From Octopus bimaculoides (taxonomy: Eukaryota): a stretch of DNA of 64,000 bases. Position numbers and translations under genes: made by a program. The stretch spans positions 932,415-996,414 of the forward strand of contig NC_068992.1 in NCBI RefSeq assembly GCF_001194135.2, in the 5' to 3' direction. The notes under the pieces were generated by a model. The model made no database searches. It was given only the letters and a program-made list of their open reading frames with translations, and had not been told where the DNA came from. This document shows, piece by piece, positions 1-15,369 of this stretch; the first letter of the stretch is position 1, and every line of letters begins with the position of its first letter.

Positions 1-317
<317 letters not shown>

Positions 318-1521
318 CTCATTGTTGTGAAGATTATTGCCAATATACTAGCGGGGTAAACTACGACATTTCCTTTGTGTTTGTGCATTATTAAATACTT
401 CATCCATTTCTTTCGTTATGTATGTGTTTAGTGTTCGCTACTAGGATATGTAACCCTTCTTTCCGCTGGAAGCGCCAAAGTTCGCAGTCAATAAAATTAT
501 TCGAAATATTTCACTCGTAATTGTATTTTATTCCAATGAATGTTCATAGAGTATGCAATTTCATAACATCGAGTAATAAATATACGCATATATATATATA
601 TACGCATATNNNNNNNNNNNNNNNNNNNNNNNNNNNNNNNNNNNNNNNNNNNNNNNNNNNNNNNNNNNNNNNNNNNNNNNNNNNNNNNNNNNNNNNNNNN
701 NNNNNNNNNNNNNNNNNNNNNNNNNNNNNNNNNNNNNNNNNNNNNNNNNNNNNNNNNNNNNNNNNNNNNNNNNNNNNNNNNNNNNNNNNNNNNNNNNNNN
801 NNNNNNNNNNNNNNNNNNNNNNNNNNNNNNNNNNNNNNNNNNNNNNNNNNNNNNNNNNNNNNNNNNNNNNNNNNNNNNNNNNNNNNNNNNNNNNNNNNNN
901 NNNNNNNNNNNATATATATATATATATATATACGAACATATCAATTCATATACATACATGTATACGATACGAAATACAAACCTGGTGCTCCAGCATGATC
1001 GTTGCCCTAAGGCTGGAATTAATACAAAGAATAAAAGCAAAAATACATTTCTTTGTATCTATTTATTTCTCATTATATACGTATATCATTCATACATATA
1101 CATACACGCATACACAAACACACATACACACACACACAGACGCGAGCGCACTTACATACATATGGCACTGAGTTAATTCTCTTATTTCATTTTTGTTTAA
1201 ATTATACATGTGCACGTGTGTGCGCGCTTGCGCTCGTGTGAGAATATCATAAATATACAAGATCGCTTGGAGGCAGAAAAAGTAAAACATAATATATGAA
1301 CTATGAAAGCCAATAATGTCAATGAGAAATGTATATCTTGGAGGATGAGGAGTGAGAGGCTGTCAATGAGGGAGTACTTAATATATTTTGTCATATAAAC
1401 GTTTATTTCTAGATATAAGTGTACCTGAGTTTTAGTGTACGAAACCGTAGGCTTCGAAATTAGTAAGTTAATATATTCTCTCCGTATCTTTTATTTATAA
1501 CTCTATTAACTTACCGTCTTT

Positions 1522-1598
<77 letters not shown>

Positions 1599-1606
1599 AT
1601 GATGAT
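1522..1606. repeat. Compound microsatellite (TAC)n(TGC)n(TGA)n
   Basis: Direct reading. Confidence 0.97.
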
Positions 1607-1631
1607 AAAAATATTGAGTTAGCAAATAGCG

Positions 1632-1675
1632 TTTATTGCTTACTCTTTCACTCGTTTCAGACATGCTGGAGCACC
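1632..1675 (-). mobile_element. Isolated 3' tail of SINE family B (or of its partner LINE)
   Basis: Reverse complement GGTGCTCCAGCATGTCTGAAACGAGTGAAAGAGTAAGCAATAAA matches the tail motif at 35435-35488 and 59517-59578. Confidence 0.55.
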
Positions 1676-2094
1676 AAACAATTGTTTCATTGATTCCTAT
1701 TAAACCAATCTTGCGTCACCCTGTTACCATATCGACAACATTTTAGAGATGTTATCCTTGTGCTTCAGATCATAGCACTCCCATATTCCTGAGCCAGCAG
1801 CCCATATTGACGCTGAATATATTATTAGTCTAGCTTGTTTCTGGATCATGTTAGTAGCATGAGAGGGTCTGTGAGGTACTGTGCCGGCTTCATTGGAAAT
1901 AAAATTTGAGGGAAATAGTATTTGAGTGTGTCGAACAGGAGGCACCGTGCCGACTGTTAGTGCAATAACCTTATGCGCAGGTATTGCTAGCGTTTCGCAT
2001 GGGCAATGATCAGTAATGGTTTTCCACGGTCACGAGTGGATAGCCATAATGTATAATATACATGTGTGTGTGTGTGCGTGTGTGTTTGTGTGTT

Positions 2095-2141
<47 letters not shown>

Positions 2142-2153
2142 NNNNNNNNNNGT

Positions 2154-2249
<96 letters not shown>

Positions 2250-2731
2250 GCGAGTGTGAGTGCAAATACGAATATGTAGAAGTGTGTGTGTGTGTGTGTG
2301 TTTATGTGTGCTCATATGTACTGTGTGGGTGTATGTTTGTATGTAACAAATCTTAAATGAAAGCTTTCACACCTGTATCAGCCTCTTATTGACTTCAGGC
2401 ATGTAGAGAAAAAATCTGATATTTGAAATCAAAAGATTTCAATATAGCGCAGCCAAGCGATTGAAAAGATATGTTGAAGGAGTGCCTGTTGGTAATCTAA
2501 TCAAGTGCTTGCCCCGGGATTAATGTATTTCTCTATTAATTATCATTCCTGCGTTTGTGTGTCAGCAGCATCGGAACTCTTTCAATATTCTTTTTATGAA
2601 ATACCTAATATAAATCCTTCAGCTTTGAGATGTTGGGATGTATAGACAGATGTGTTCCTTGGTGGTATGTGCTTTTTCATATATGTCTAGTATAACCACA
2701 CGTACACACTGACCCATACGAACACACAAAG

Positions 2732-2782
<51 letters not shown>

Positions 2783-2879
2783 AAGGTATGTATATATTGA
2801 TATGCATGTGCCTAAGCAGCTGCTTGTCTCTCTCTGCTAATATTGATATGCTATGGCTGTGGGTGCGTATAATTATATG

Positions 2880-3095
2880 TAGCTGTGTCTCTTAGTGTAT
2901 CATTTGTAATAACACAGACGCAGCCATTTACATAACTATACTGACACTCAAACGAGTCCAACTTAGACTCCGATGTCTTTACGAAGGACCAATTCCGTGG
3001 GGTAAAGAGTGGCCACAAGAAGGACTCGGGTGAGCAGACATGAATGCAATTATGCGGATGAACAATTGAATATAACACCTTGGGTTTGATATAGA
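2880..3095 (-). pseudogene. Highly decayed RTE-like LINE fragment (post-RT region)
   Basis: Frameshifted pieces VATLYPTE / WSFVKTSESKLDSFECQ / ITNDTLR resemble the RTE motif VLLYG.ETW.L.K..E.KLD.FE...ITN..LR. Confidence 0.4.
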
Positions 3096-3536
3096 ACATA
3101 TATATNNNNNNNNNNNNNNNNNNNNNNNNNNNNNNNNNNNNNNNNNNNNNNNNNNNNNNNNNNNNNNNNNNNNNNNNNNNNNNNNNNNNNNNNNNNNNNN
3201 NNNNNNNNNNNNNNNNNNNNNNNNNNNNNNNNNNNNNNNNNNNNNNNNNNNNNNNNNNNNNNNNNNNNNNNNNNNNNNNNNNNNNNNNNNNNNNNNNNNN
3301 NNNNNNNNNNNNNNNNNNNNNNNNNNNNNNNNNNNNNNNNNNNNNNNNNNNNNNNNNNNNNNNNNNNNNNNNNNNNNNNNNNNNNNNNNNNNNNNNNNNN
3401 NNNNNNNNNNNNNNNNNNNNNNNNNNNNNNNNNNNNNNNNNNNNNNNNNNNNNNNNNNNNNNNNNNNNNNNNNNNNNNNNNNNNNNNNNNNNNNNNNNNN
3501 NNNNNNNNNNNNNNNNNNNNNNNNNNNNNNNNNNNN

Positions 3537-3574
<38 letters not shown>

Positions 3575-4859
3575 CATATATGTAAACAGAAATAAAGCAA
3601 AGGCTGGAGATTTTCAGACGATGAATATTTAAGTATAAATATATAGAGAGTAATTGATTAAACTTACACAGAGTACAAACGACCAAGAAAATTAAAGGGG
3701 AGCAGGTAAGTTGTTATAAGTCCAGCAGGTGTTTCTGGGCACTCGGATATCAATCGTAATGTTGGTGGATGTAATCCAACAAAATATCAAATTCAGCAAC
3801 GGAGGTAAATAAACATGGGATAAGTCGAGCCTTCGTCTCTCGGGTAGGAAAATTATCACATTTCAGAACATGATGCAGAGTAACTGAAAGGTGGAATGTA
3901 TAGACCTGAAGAGCAAGCATTTATGCTAACGTATCTTAATTTGGTTACTAATAAATGTTTCCATACCTTCTTTGGTGATTGTCTCACCTTCTTGTAGGTC
4001 AACCCTCAACAAATGGAATTCATTCGGCATGAATGTAAACATAAATATATTTCCATTCTACTGTTCATCATTTGAGAAAAGGAAGCCTCGCAGGATTAAT
4101 TATATTATTGATTAAATCCTTCCAGACTAGAGGAAATCAATGGAACATTAAGAGGTCGTAATTACACCTTCGAAAAACCTAATCTTTAACAATAAGAACT
4201 ATCTTATTTATATTATATTTAGTTACCTTATCTTACAAATTGTAAAGTAGAATTGAAACTTGCGAAGTATAAAATAATATATTTATTTATTGAAACGCTA
4301 TTAGAAGAAATCGTACATAACACTATCAAGATAGAATGATAGAAATACATGATCAGAAGTAAGAAGCTGAAAAACGCGGAGTTTTTGACTCGGCAAGCTC
4401 GGCTGAACTTTTACACTTCTCAGACCAACACTACTAAGACTGAAAATGACGAAGTGAAATTATGACGTGAAGAATCTTCAGATGACAACATTTCTTTATG
4501 CCCATTACTATATTTATATGCAGTGGCATCTCTCCATTCTTTTCAGATTCCTCAATTTAACGACCTTCCTATAGAAAGAACTGGGATGCAGCATTTCAGC
4601 TAGTAGTTATGAATCCGTATCGATCAATCCGTCTATATATATATATATATATACATAAATATATACGTGTGCATAGACACACATGCACACGTATATAATT
4701 AATGAAGAATGATACCGGACAAGGTCTTTGTACTCGTAGACCATCTGAAGAGTCATTCCAAGTATTACCGTTTAACCATTGCCACCAATCATGGCCGAGT
4801 GCATTTTAGGGGCCGGATTTAATTATGTGGAGTATTGCGTAAAAGTAAGGATCGACAAC

Positions 4860-4870
4860 TAGTAGTAGTG

Positions 4871-4917
<47 letters not shown>

Positions 4918-4927
4918 CGTGGTGGTG

Positions 4928-4977
<50 letters not shown>
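4860..4977. repeat. Compound (TAG)n(TGG)n(TAG)n microsatellite
   Basis: Direct reading. Confidence 0.95.
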
Positions 4978-6792
4978 TATTCCCTTTTAGGTGTCTATCT
5001 TCACATGTCTTTTGTGTAAAAAGATAACATTTTGTTTTCTCGAGTACTAAGTTTGATCAATATATATGTAGAAAAAGGGTTTATGTAATAGTAGCAACTT
5101 CAATACAGTTTTTTTGACTTAATAAAACACATATTTTGTATAAGACTCTAACATACCTACGACATAAGTTTCGACTGAGAAAAAAAAACAGAAAATATTT
5201 CGTCACAAAAGTACTCATGCTTTGTAAATGGATTTTAGTAAATCCGTTGTTTAGTAAAGTAACGTGTAGTAAAACTGGTGCGACACCTAAGTGGTTAATC
5301 CTAACATCTACGCATATAAAACTTCAGAACTTGTAGTTTAATGGAAGCATTGTGGTTTCAGCATTAAAATAAGGTAATAAAAACAAGCTAACAGTGGTAA
5401 GTTCCAGAAAATGGAGTTTATGTGCTATTTCGGCATTAATTACTGTTTATCACGCAGTAATAAAGCAAAATATAAACAACACCAACGTAGTTAGGGCGGG
5501 CAAATCGACATATTATATTGCAAGGTTATGTGCGTTCATTATTCAAGCTATACAATAGATACAATAGAGAATGGAGAACGTACAAGCTTATAGTTTCAAG
5601 ATCTTTTTGCAGTCCTTGAAACTCTATTCGTCTTGGTATATTAATATGCAAATTGATGTAAAAGGAACGTTTTAAATTCTATTTCCTCATAACAATAGAT
5701 CTTGATACAGCACAGTACCAGACACGTGGATGCTTAGCTAGACACCTGCTCATGAGTGAATAACCAGGGCTAGCATTGCATTGGAAAACGTCTAGATTAT
5801 ATGTGTGCGTGTGTGTTATCTACACTAATCTCCATGTTTATTGCGTCTGAAAGAAGCACCGAAAATGTGTGAAGAGAACAATTACTGAAAACATTTTAGA
5901 AATTGTGAGTTAGGTAAAATAAAATTCATGAGGTGAATCCTGATCTCTTTCTCCTTCTGCCTGAGGAAAAAGAAATCTCATTTTTCATTGTTACTTCCCA
6001 ACAAATTTGGTTTAAATATGTGTCATGTAAGAGACAACGATCTCATTAAGGATGAGCATAGTTCAGTTCCTGTGACGATTACGCGGCTGAGAGTATATGA
6101 CCGCCTCACAGGATAATAGTCTGTCCTAGGTCAAGTGGGCCTACCGAAACGCTGCCGATACCCCTTTTCAGCTGACCGGACTGAGGCAGTTTGAAGAGAG
6201 TCACATTACTGATGACTAGAGCGCATCTAGAAAGAAACCTACCAGCTGTGGATCGTAGAAACTACGCACGCACACTATTACACCACAAGCTCTCTTCACA
6301 TATGCACGCGCATGTACGCATATATACGCCTACAATACATGTGTGGGTGTCCGTATCTATGCGTGTTAGTGAGTGTGTGTGTGTGTGGTTGTGTGAGTAT
6401 GTGTGCGTGAGCGCTCGTGTGTGTAAGCATGTATAATGCACTAAAATGTTTAATGTTTCCAGGATAATCAGCAATCTGTTTTATCAAAGGATATAAATTC
6501 GCGCATTTATTTCGAACAATTAGAAAGCTTATACTGAAATCCATGTACATCTATTTAGAATAAAAGACAGATCAGACGGTTAGTCATTAAACGTTGCTAG
6601 AAATAACACGCAAACATTGATGATTTCGTTTTTAAACAACACGATTCATCAAATATCACTAATTTGGTAAACACTCCCTTGCATAAAATAAATATATTAA
6701 TAAAAGTAGGTAAAATGGTTTTTAGTTGTTAATTTTAAATCTATTATATGAAGAGTGATCAATAATAATCGATAAGATGATAAGAGTAATAA

Positions 6793-6793
6793 G

Positions 6794-6849
<56 letters not shown>

Positions 6850-6872
6850 AAATAATGATAATGATAATAATA

Positions 6873-6903
<31 letters not shown>

Positions 6904-6904
6904 C

Positions 6905-6934
<30 letters not shown>
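6793..6934. repeat. Compound (TAC)n-(AAT/GAT)n-(AAT)n microsatellite
   Basis: Direct reading; the terminal (AAT)10 abuts a Dong-like fragment. Confidence 0.95.
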
Positions 6935-6939
<5 letters not shown>

Positions 6940-7121
6940 GACAGAGAAAAATCCCAGCAATGGTTGAGAAGCTCAGGACTCAAAGCAGGGAGTGAAGGAT
7001 TTTTAATTACTGCACAAGACCAAAGCTTCCCCACCAGAAATTACCAAAAACATATAATGAAAAGAAACATAACAAGTAACTGTAGAATATGTGGCGATGG
7101 ACAAGAAACAATAAATCATAT
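6935..7121 (+). mobile_element. R4/Dong-clade retrotransposon internal fragment (region leading into the CCHC zinc knuckle)
   Basis: Open frame IDREKSQQWLRSSGLKAGSEGFLITAQDQSFPTRNYQKHIMKRNITSNCRICGDGQETINH. WL..G.LK...EG.L.AAQDQ.L.TRNY followed by CxxC-x7-H is characteristic of R4/Dong C-termini. Confidence 0.88.
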
Positions 7122-7443
7122 GACGGATGGAACGTGCGATGCGAAGAAATGCTGATAGGTGAACATTTACTTTAGTTTATTGCACAGATTGACAATCATT
7201 GTCTCCTGGATAAAGAAAGTGTAAGTTTACGTCGGCGATATTTGAAACTAGAATATACAGAGTAAATCTATCTAAAGACGTCCACTGGTCAGTAAATTAT
7301 GGTACTATATTTACTACATCACGAAAAAGAGACAAAGATGGGAACACTACGGTACCTATAACACAACTATTTATCGTAAACAAATAATGAATCAGTTTCA
7401 AACACGTATGCAGGCACACATGCAGTCAAACACATATAAAATA

Positions 7444-7499
<56 letters not shown>

Positions 7500-7815
7500 N
7501 NNNNNNNNNNNNNNNNNNNNNNNNNNNNNNNNNNNNNNNNNNNNNNNNNNNNNNNNNNNNNNNNNNNNNNNNNNNNNNNNNNNNNNNNNNNNNNNNNNNN
7601 NNNNNNNNNNNNNNNNNNNNNNNNNNNNNNNNNNNNNNNNNNNNNNNNNNNNNNNNNNNNNNNNNNNNNNNNNNNNNNNNNNNNNNNNNNNNNNNNNNNN
7701 NNNNNNNNNNNNNNNNNNNNNNNNNNNNNNNNNNNNNNNNNNNNNNNNNNNNNNNNNNNNNNNNNNNNNNNNNNNNNNNNNNNNNNNNNNNNNNNNNNNN
7801 NNNNNNNNNNNNNNN

Positions 7816-7849
<34 letters not shown>

Positions 7850-8583
7850 TGTGTGTGTGCGTGTTTGTGTGTATTTATATGTATATATATGTGTATGTGT
7901 ATGTGTATGTGTGTGTCTATATATATGTGTATTTGCATCCATATATTTTTTTGTGTGTCTATACGTTAGAATGATAATATACAATGTCTCACATGCAGAC
8001 AAAAACAACATTACTAGAACTAAACAGAATAAGACCAAATATATTTATTGTGATTGCGATGATTCTAACGATGGTGATGGCACTTACGCCAATGCACTTA
8101 CGGATGAAAACTATTAAAATAAATATTGTCAATTATATGAAACCCTGTATAACGTCAGACGTATATTCACACCCACTCAAAATTGAAACTACTGTTAAAA
8201 TGAAACCGAAAGCACGAGATACATTTATACTCTATTACGAATTTGATACATGCGATTCTTTGTACAGTATGTGTGCTTATTGTTCGTGTATATAAACGTT
8301 GCCAAAATGTGGGAAAATGCGCCTTTATAAACACATGTACGATTGAGACATTTTTGAAATGCCTTCTTTACTATTCTCCCGCTATCTCTTTCTGTCTCTT
8401 ATTCTCCATCTCTTTTATTCATTACACGCACACACATGCATGCATACAGACACACACACACCACACACATGTACATGGCTGTGTGTGTGTGCGCATTTAG
8501 ATATATATGCATACATATATATATATATATATATTATATATAGAGAGAGATAAATGAATAAATGGATACATAGNNNNNNNNNN

Positions 8584-8627
<44 letters not shown>

Positions 8628-9555
8628 ATATATATATATTATATATAGAGAGAGATAAATGAATAAATGGATACATAGAGGCATGTATGCGTGTATGTGT
8701 GAATGTGTGAGTATCACTGCATGTGGGCTTGGGAATGCATGTATGCAAGCCTGTATTGCCCAAATCTGGGAAAATACCCGTTTCAAAACATATGCATAAT
8801 TACAAAGATTTTAAAACATTCTTTTACTCGTAATTTTGTTCTCTTTCTTCTTTCTTCCCATTTTTGTCTTTGGTTGAGAATATATACGTAGATGCATATA
8901 TAAATATACATCCATACGCGTATATATGCATACATATATACATCTATATATATACACATGCATACATATACACATATGAGCTTTGATTCATATCCAAACA
9001 CACAAACACACACACACACACACACACACTCACCACCCACACAAACACTCGCGCACACACGCAAACACGCAAACAAGCATATACATCAATGTTTCTATAT
9101 TTCTCCCTTAAATTCAAAAAACATATTTCAAGCTTTAAAAAATTCACTGCGACTGAAGTTTGACGTTCATTAGTAAATATACTAAGGGATTGCTGTAGCT
9201 ATATGCACTTTTATATATAGATACATACATACGTACATACAAACGTACGTACGTGTGTGTGTTAGTGTGTGCATGAGCGTGTGTATTATAGATCTGTTTA
9301 TTCGTGAGTGTGTACACGACATAGAATTAATCATGGCAAACATGTAAACCAAAATAGTATCGAAATAATAGCATATTCGATAACACCTCTTGTATATAGA
9401 ATCTCACATTATAATATTTACTCAACAATAGATTCAATTGTAATTTCATCCTCCGTTTACTATTCACAGTTTTAATCTTAACCTTTTATGAATTGCCGTT
9501 TGTTTGAGTTTGAGTCTTTACCTGTTTTTTGTTTTTGTTTTTGACATTCGCTTGA

Positions 9556-9768
9556 AAATTGGTTTCAAATTTTGGCACAAGGCAAACTAGTTCGGAGTAA
9601 GGAATAAATCGATTACATCTCCTGCAGTGTTCAATTGGTACTTATTTTATCGACCTCGAAAGGATGAGATGCAAAGTCAACGTCGTCTGAATTTGAACGT
9701 AAAGACGAACAGAACGCTACAAAATATTTTGCCAGGCGTGCTAACGATTATCTCAGGTCACCACCTTA
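9556..9768 (-). mobile_element. tRNA-derived SINE family A copy
   Basis: Reverse complement matches the other copies: head AAGGYGGYGAGCTGGCAGAATCGTTAGCACGCC, B-box-like GTTCAAATTC, core GGTCGACTTTGCCTTTCATCCTTTCGGGGTCGATAAAATAAGTACCA, tail CCTTGTGCCAAAATTTGAAACCAA. Confidence 0.85.
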
Positions 9769-12700
9769 CATTTTTTCTTGAATATTACTCACAGTTCATT
9801 AGCACATTCGGGGTTCTTTATCGAGCTAAATATCTCAGAACATTAACTACACTTGCATTTAATTTTCTCTGGAAAAATGGCTCTTATATTCTTTCGTTAA
9901 AATTTTATTGACAGATATTTTCTTTCGCATGTAATTCGTGGTTAACACTCTTAATAATATCGTTGCTATTTCCCATCCTAATATGAAATAGAAATATCCA
10001 GAAGCAACGCTTTTTTAAAACGTGTATGAGGATATAAGTATATGGTACAATAAAACTATATTTGACTTAGAAACCACTTGCACGTATCAAAAGTTACAAA
10101 GAGACATGTCTAGCACAAGGGAAATAACAACTTAAGACTTTCTTATATGAATTACCCTTCCTACTCTGTGTATTTTGTCTCTCATTCCATATAAGAAACA
10201 GTATGAAGCCTGGTAAGTTCACGTATAATCACATGTAGCTATATACGAAGCGGGGACATATTGCCAACATTCTAAAGTACCTTCAAGTGGAACGCTTGAT
10301 AATTGCGCTGTATTGAAATCAATCTTACTGTTGTATAACCCTAGAGGAAGGTTTACGTAATGGATACATTTCCTATTATACACTATGTCACCCCGAACAG
10401 TACGTTTTAATGACATCGAAATGATACTATTTGGTTTGCCGTCATTATTATGATATATAGATTTCACTGCTTCTAACTTTGAATATCATACAGTAGTTTA
10501 GCAAACTCTTTTTATTCAGAAAAGGAGAATGGATCCAGAAAAATGGCATGAGTTGTTTTCTGAAAAGAATCAGATTTGTAATTATTTTAATTTAATTATT
10601 TATATCTAGTTTATAACATATCATATCACATGCATGAAGAATGGTAATACATCCAAGTAAAAATTTGAAAATATAAATTAATAACTTCAAAATGCATAAT
10701 ATTTGCATACACATGCATACCATATATATTTTTCTCTCAGCAGAAAAGACGTCTTCGAAAGATTTTACATTATTATAACAGACTTGCTTTTTATTAATTT
10801 GTTTATAAGATGTTGTATCAAAAGCACGCTTCTTTTCTTACCTTTTTGTACTTCCCACTGATTATCCTCTGGCATCTAAGTTAATACATATATTAATTTG
10901 AATGTGCATGCTAGTTTTTCAGTTTGGCATACGAATGTATTTCAATATATTGACTTTACTGGAAGCTGGAAGAAATTAAACCCACAAAATATCGTGTCGT
11001 AGACTACGGTTGAAGGAAATTCGTTAGCTAGAAAATGGGGGTCTTGTGGGTTGCAAGTATTCACCATAACAGTATTGCTGGGCAAGACAAGTGCAATAAT
11101 TCTTATGTTGCTTTCAGTTGTTCCACATTATAATATCTATGAATTTGAGGGTTAAGATTTAATACTTTCACAGACATGACAGAGATTCATCGATAATATA
11201 TGAATTTTGATCCTTTTATTCACGATGCATGTTATAACACTTTATGTGATAAGCTGAGGGGAAGGAAATAACACATTTATTCCGCTGTTTTACTTGCTTT
11301 TAGCGAACTGATTGAAATATTTTCTCCCACAGCAATCTCCCATGTCATATGATGCTATTTAGAAACAATGCTTTTATGAATTAACTGTTTATAGGATTTG
11401 AATGTGTCCATAATTATATTGTAAGCTTCAAATTAAAAGGCATATATTTTTTAACCAGAAATAGATATATTTGTTTTAAATTAGAAAGGGAAGGAAAGAA
11501 AAAAAGAAAGAAAGAAAGAAACTGAGCAGAAAGAACATGGAAGATGATAAAGAGCAAATTCATTTTTAGAGAATATATTTTCTATTTAACATAACGAATG
11601 GTTTCTTCCTTATATGACAAATATTACATAGAATGTTTGCAATGAATTTCGATCACAAGTTGAACAAATGTATGCTCCTTATTTCTTCGTTGTTTATATT
11701 TTTAGGTAAGAGGAAATGTACGTTCTATTTGTAGGGAGAATATATATGAATTAAACATAGTTGGAATTTCAAACGTAATGTAGTAAAATAGATGTAAAAT
11801 AATATTTCGTATAAAGAGTATTAAAGAGAAATACTCCCCAACGGGAACTCGACGTTTCAAACATAGATCAGTATAATATTTTGTATTGCATAATTAATTA
11901 TGATTAGCCGCAAGTCAACACAGTGCCTACACGCATTATAAATGTATAAATGTTATATAATCCATGCTGAGAATTTAGGTTGATATCTTAAGTCTTAAAA
12001 GTTGAATATTTGGTATTGGAATGAATACCTTCATATTAATTAAGTCTTAGAATAAAGGTATATTTCTACAGGAATATTTATTCATAAATTTTGGCTTTAT
12101 AAAAAAGCATTATTTGTGCATTCCTTTCCCTCAGATTTTGTATCATCTGCAAACTCTTCGGAGCAGTTTGCGTTAGAAAACAGGCTGTCAAACCAAACTG
12201 TCACCATCTGCTTCAACGTATCGATCGCAGTGCCAGTTTATAAGCGTGCAGCATCATCTCCACACACCATGAATAAACACACTGAAGGAAACAAAGAAAC
12301 AACGTTTCTAACTCACATAACGAACTCTATCAATGACAGGTTTAGATGATGCAGACAAACACACGAAGCACACAAACAAACATTCAATGCCTCGACTTCA
12401 TCTCGCATATTTTTGTGTGAGTTTGTGTGTGAGTGTGTTTTATTTATGTAATGTATCCCGATTTTCAACTTGTTATTTGCATGTTCATGTATTCATACAC
12501 ACATTTGCATGTTCATATATTTATACACACATTGGCACATGTATACATTCACGCATACACACATACGTCCACCCACACACAGAAACCTATATACATACGT
12601 ATGCAGAATGAAAGAGAGAGGAGGGGATAGAGAGAAAGGGAGAGAGAGACAAAGACAAAGACATAGAGAAAGAGAGATGGATATAAAGAATGAAAGAGAG

Positions 12701-13660
12701 AGTGAGAGAGATATAAGAGGGAGAGAGAGTGAAACACAGAGAATGAGAAATATATATTGTGCCTCACGCACACATAATTTTAATCATTAGGATTTTGGCG
12801 TCACGCGAACTGCCATATATCCTTCATTTATTTCAATGATCTGTGTGCAGTTCCACGTCGTTAGAGGCGCACATCTATCGAGATAATGACTCCCTGCAAT
12901 AGATGCTGCGTTATTTATTTATCAGCAGAGTGACCTCAATTCGTTATCTCGTTGTTAGCAAAATTGCTACAGTTGGAGAAAATTATGAATATCGCGTCAA
13001 AAGAACTCCCATCGAAGAATATAGAATGAATTCTATTAGTGAAAATCTTAGATTTCGAGATACACATTTTACCATGATAAACAAATGAATCATTCGCTTT
13101 CTGAAGAGAAAACCTATTGTGACCTAACACTTTTATTATGTGAATATAAATATGGATAATTTTTGGAAAACTAGTTCATCGCAGTCATCACATTAGAACT
13201 AACTCAACTCTGCCACCTAGAAATGACCTAGATTGCTGGGTATCTAATTGTATATTTGCATTTCAGTATCTCATATATTATTTGTTTCCTATAGGCGTTA
13301 CACGAAATGCGAGGTAAAAGAATTTACAGAGGCAGCATTAGCTGAGTTTCCTGAGAAACAAACAAAATGTTGATCGATTCCATCACTGAAACTGAGGCCA
13401 TCAATGCAGCGTAAAGTATATTTGGACAATTTAATGAAATGCCAATTTATTTGGTTTGTTGGTTCTCTAGTGTTACTGCTTAAAATTATCGGAGAAACTT
13501 CTGAAGAGTGCGTTTATATATGGCGCTTGCAACCTTTCATTTAATATATATGATTTAACTCTGCATTACTTACACAAATGTAAAAAGAGAAGTAATTTGC
13601 TGGTTGGCCGAGACCATGATGCAGATTCAGTCCCCTTCTAAATCGCTTTCCATCATTTAT

Positions 13661-13846
13661 AATATGGGTTTCAACTTTCGGCACGGGGCCAGCATTTTCG
13701 GGGTTGGGGTACTTATTTTTTCGACCCTGAAAGTATGAAAGGCAAAGTCAACCCCGGCCAAATTTGGACTCAGAACGTAAACACGGACTAAAAGCCGCTA
13801 AGCATTTTTTCCGGCCGTGCCAATCATTCTTCCAGTTTGCTGCCTT
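13661..13846 (-). mobile_element. SINE family A copy with internal deletion
   Basis: Same head, core and tail on the minus strand; the segment between core and tail is shortened. Confidence 0.85.
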
Positions 13847-14989
13847 CCGTCTGTTATAATTTCAATGCGAAATATATAAACATTACAATGTAACATTTGA
13901 AGTTCTACTAAATAAGAGTGCATTTTCTCTTCATCCAAATCAAACTTGTATTAGGTGTTTGAATGTCAAACTGAACGATCAACGTTATTATCGATTATAA
14001 TTTACCAGTATCGGTATTCGTTTATTCAAACAATAATATTTATCTTGCTCGTTCAATGGCAGGTTATAATATTTATGTTTCTTTTTCTCTAATGAAGCCT
14101 GCAAACGTGTCCTTAGTAATTTCAACGAAGAGCTTTTCTAAATATTATTCCTTGTAACGTTTTAGTTTAATATTTTCAGTTAAGAAAACACCAGCTATTT
14201 ATAGAGTCTCCCAGTTGCATGTGGTACTAAGTTGTATGTAAACACCAGTGGCTTATTTACCAATGAGCAGACTGGCTAACCAAAAGTTAAATTTCATCTC
14301 AATAGGCATTCTGTAGCAAAACCATCCATTTGAGACATTGACCTTTTCTATGCGAACATTCGTAAGCCAACATTCTATTGATTTTCCCAGATTTTCTCTG
14401 AACCTCCATAAAACGCGAAAAATATCGAATTACTGTTGAGTTCAAATATATTTGAATAAAAGGGCATGATATCGGAACATTAAGTCCGAGGAAATTTTAT
14501 TTTAAGCTATCTTAGCTATTCGATGGCAAATAACAGAAAGATTATACCACTTTGACCTTTGTAAAACTGTGGTGATATTATAATATGTCATATATGCAAT
14601 TCGTGCATTACTTCACTGAAGTAACAATTAGGAATGATAAAATGTATATTTGGTAACCTCTCTGAATGATAGTATTTCGAAAGATCGTTTGATTTATTTA
14701 CTTATTACTCTTAACAACATGACACGACCAACGTCTACAATAAATCTTCTCTACTTCAAGATTTGTATAATTCGCTGAAGAAGCGTAAATGCTGTATATT
14801 GATAAATTTAATATTAAGATTTAAACTATTGAACATTGTACACACACTTATTACTAAATAAAGACAAACACAAGCATGCGCAGACACAAACACATACACA
14901 CATGCATAAATAAACACACATTTTTGTGTAGACACAGATACGAGGGAATATCTATGAAGATCGATTAACAATCAACATAGTATCAAAGA

Positions 14990-15065
14990 CCAGTGTCTTC
15001 GGTGTATAGCCTCAGGTCTACATAGGACTTGTGAGCGAAAGAGGATCGACGGAAAGAGTGCTTAA
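14990..15065 (+). mobile_element. SINE family B internal fragment, degenerate
   Basis: CAGTGTCTTCGGTGTATAGCCTCAGGTCTACATAGGACTTGTGAGCG resembles the reverse complement of the 35521-35668 copy (AAGTGTCTTCTACTATAGCCTCGGGACGATCAAAGATTGTGAGTGG). Confidence 0.55.
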
Positions 15066-15234
15066 GTTCTTCAGATGAATTGTCTCTGGAGTTCGAAAGA
15101 CCAAATTTGTTACACTGTGTCACTAATTCTGCCTGTATTTCATTAATCGAACACCGGTACGCAGATATTCAAAACATTACACGCTAATTCAGCCAAAGGA
15201 TCTATTTATTAATATGTATGAACGCAACCACACT

Positions 15235-15275
<41 letters not shown>

Positions 15276-15292
15276 ATATATGTATGTATGTA

Positions 15293-15369
<77 letters not shown>

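Noticed and set aside
8520-8678. Identical ~55-bp sequence on both sides of a 10-N gap (also TACCGAAAG around 59480-59489)
   Set aside because: Typical unmerged contig overlap; treated as an assembly artefact.
12116-12349. 77-aa ORF after a good acceptor; FADDTK on the opposite strand
   Set aside because: No recognisable domain and a weak donor; the RT-like hexapeptide lacks flanking RT motifs.
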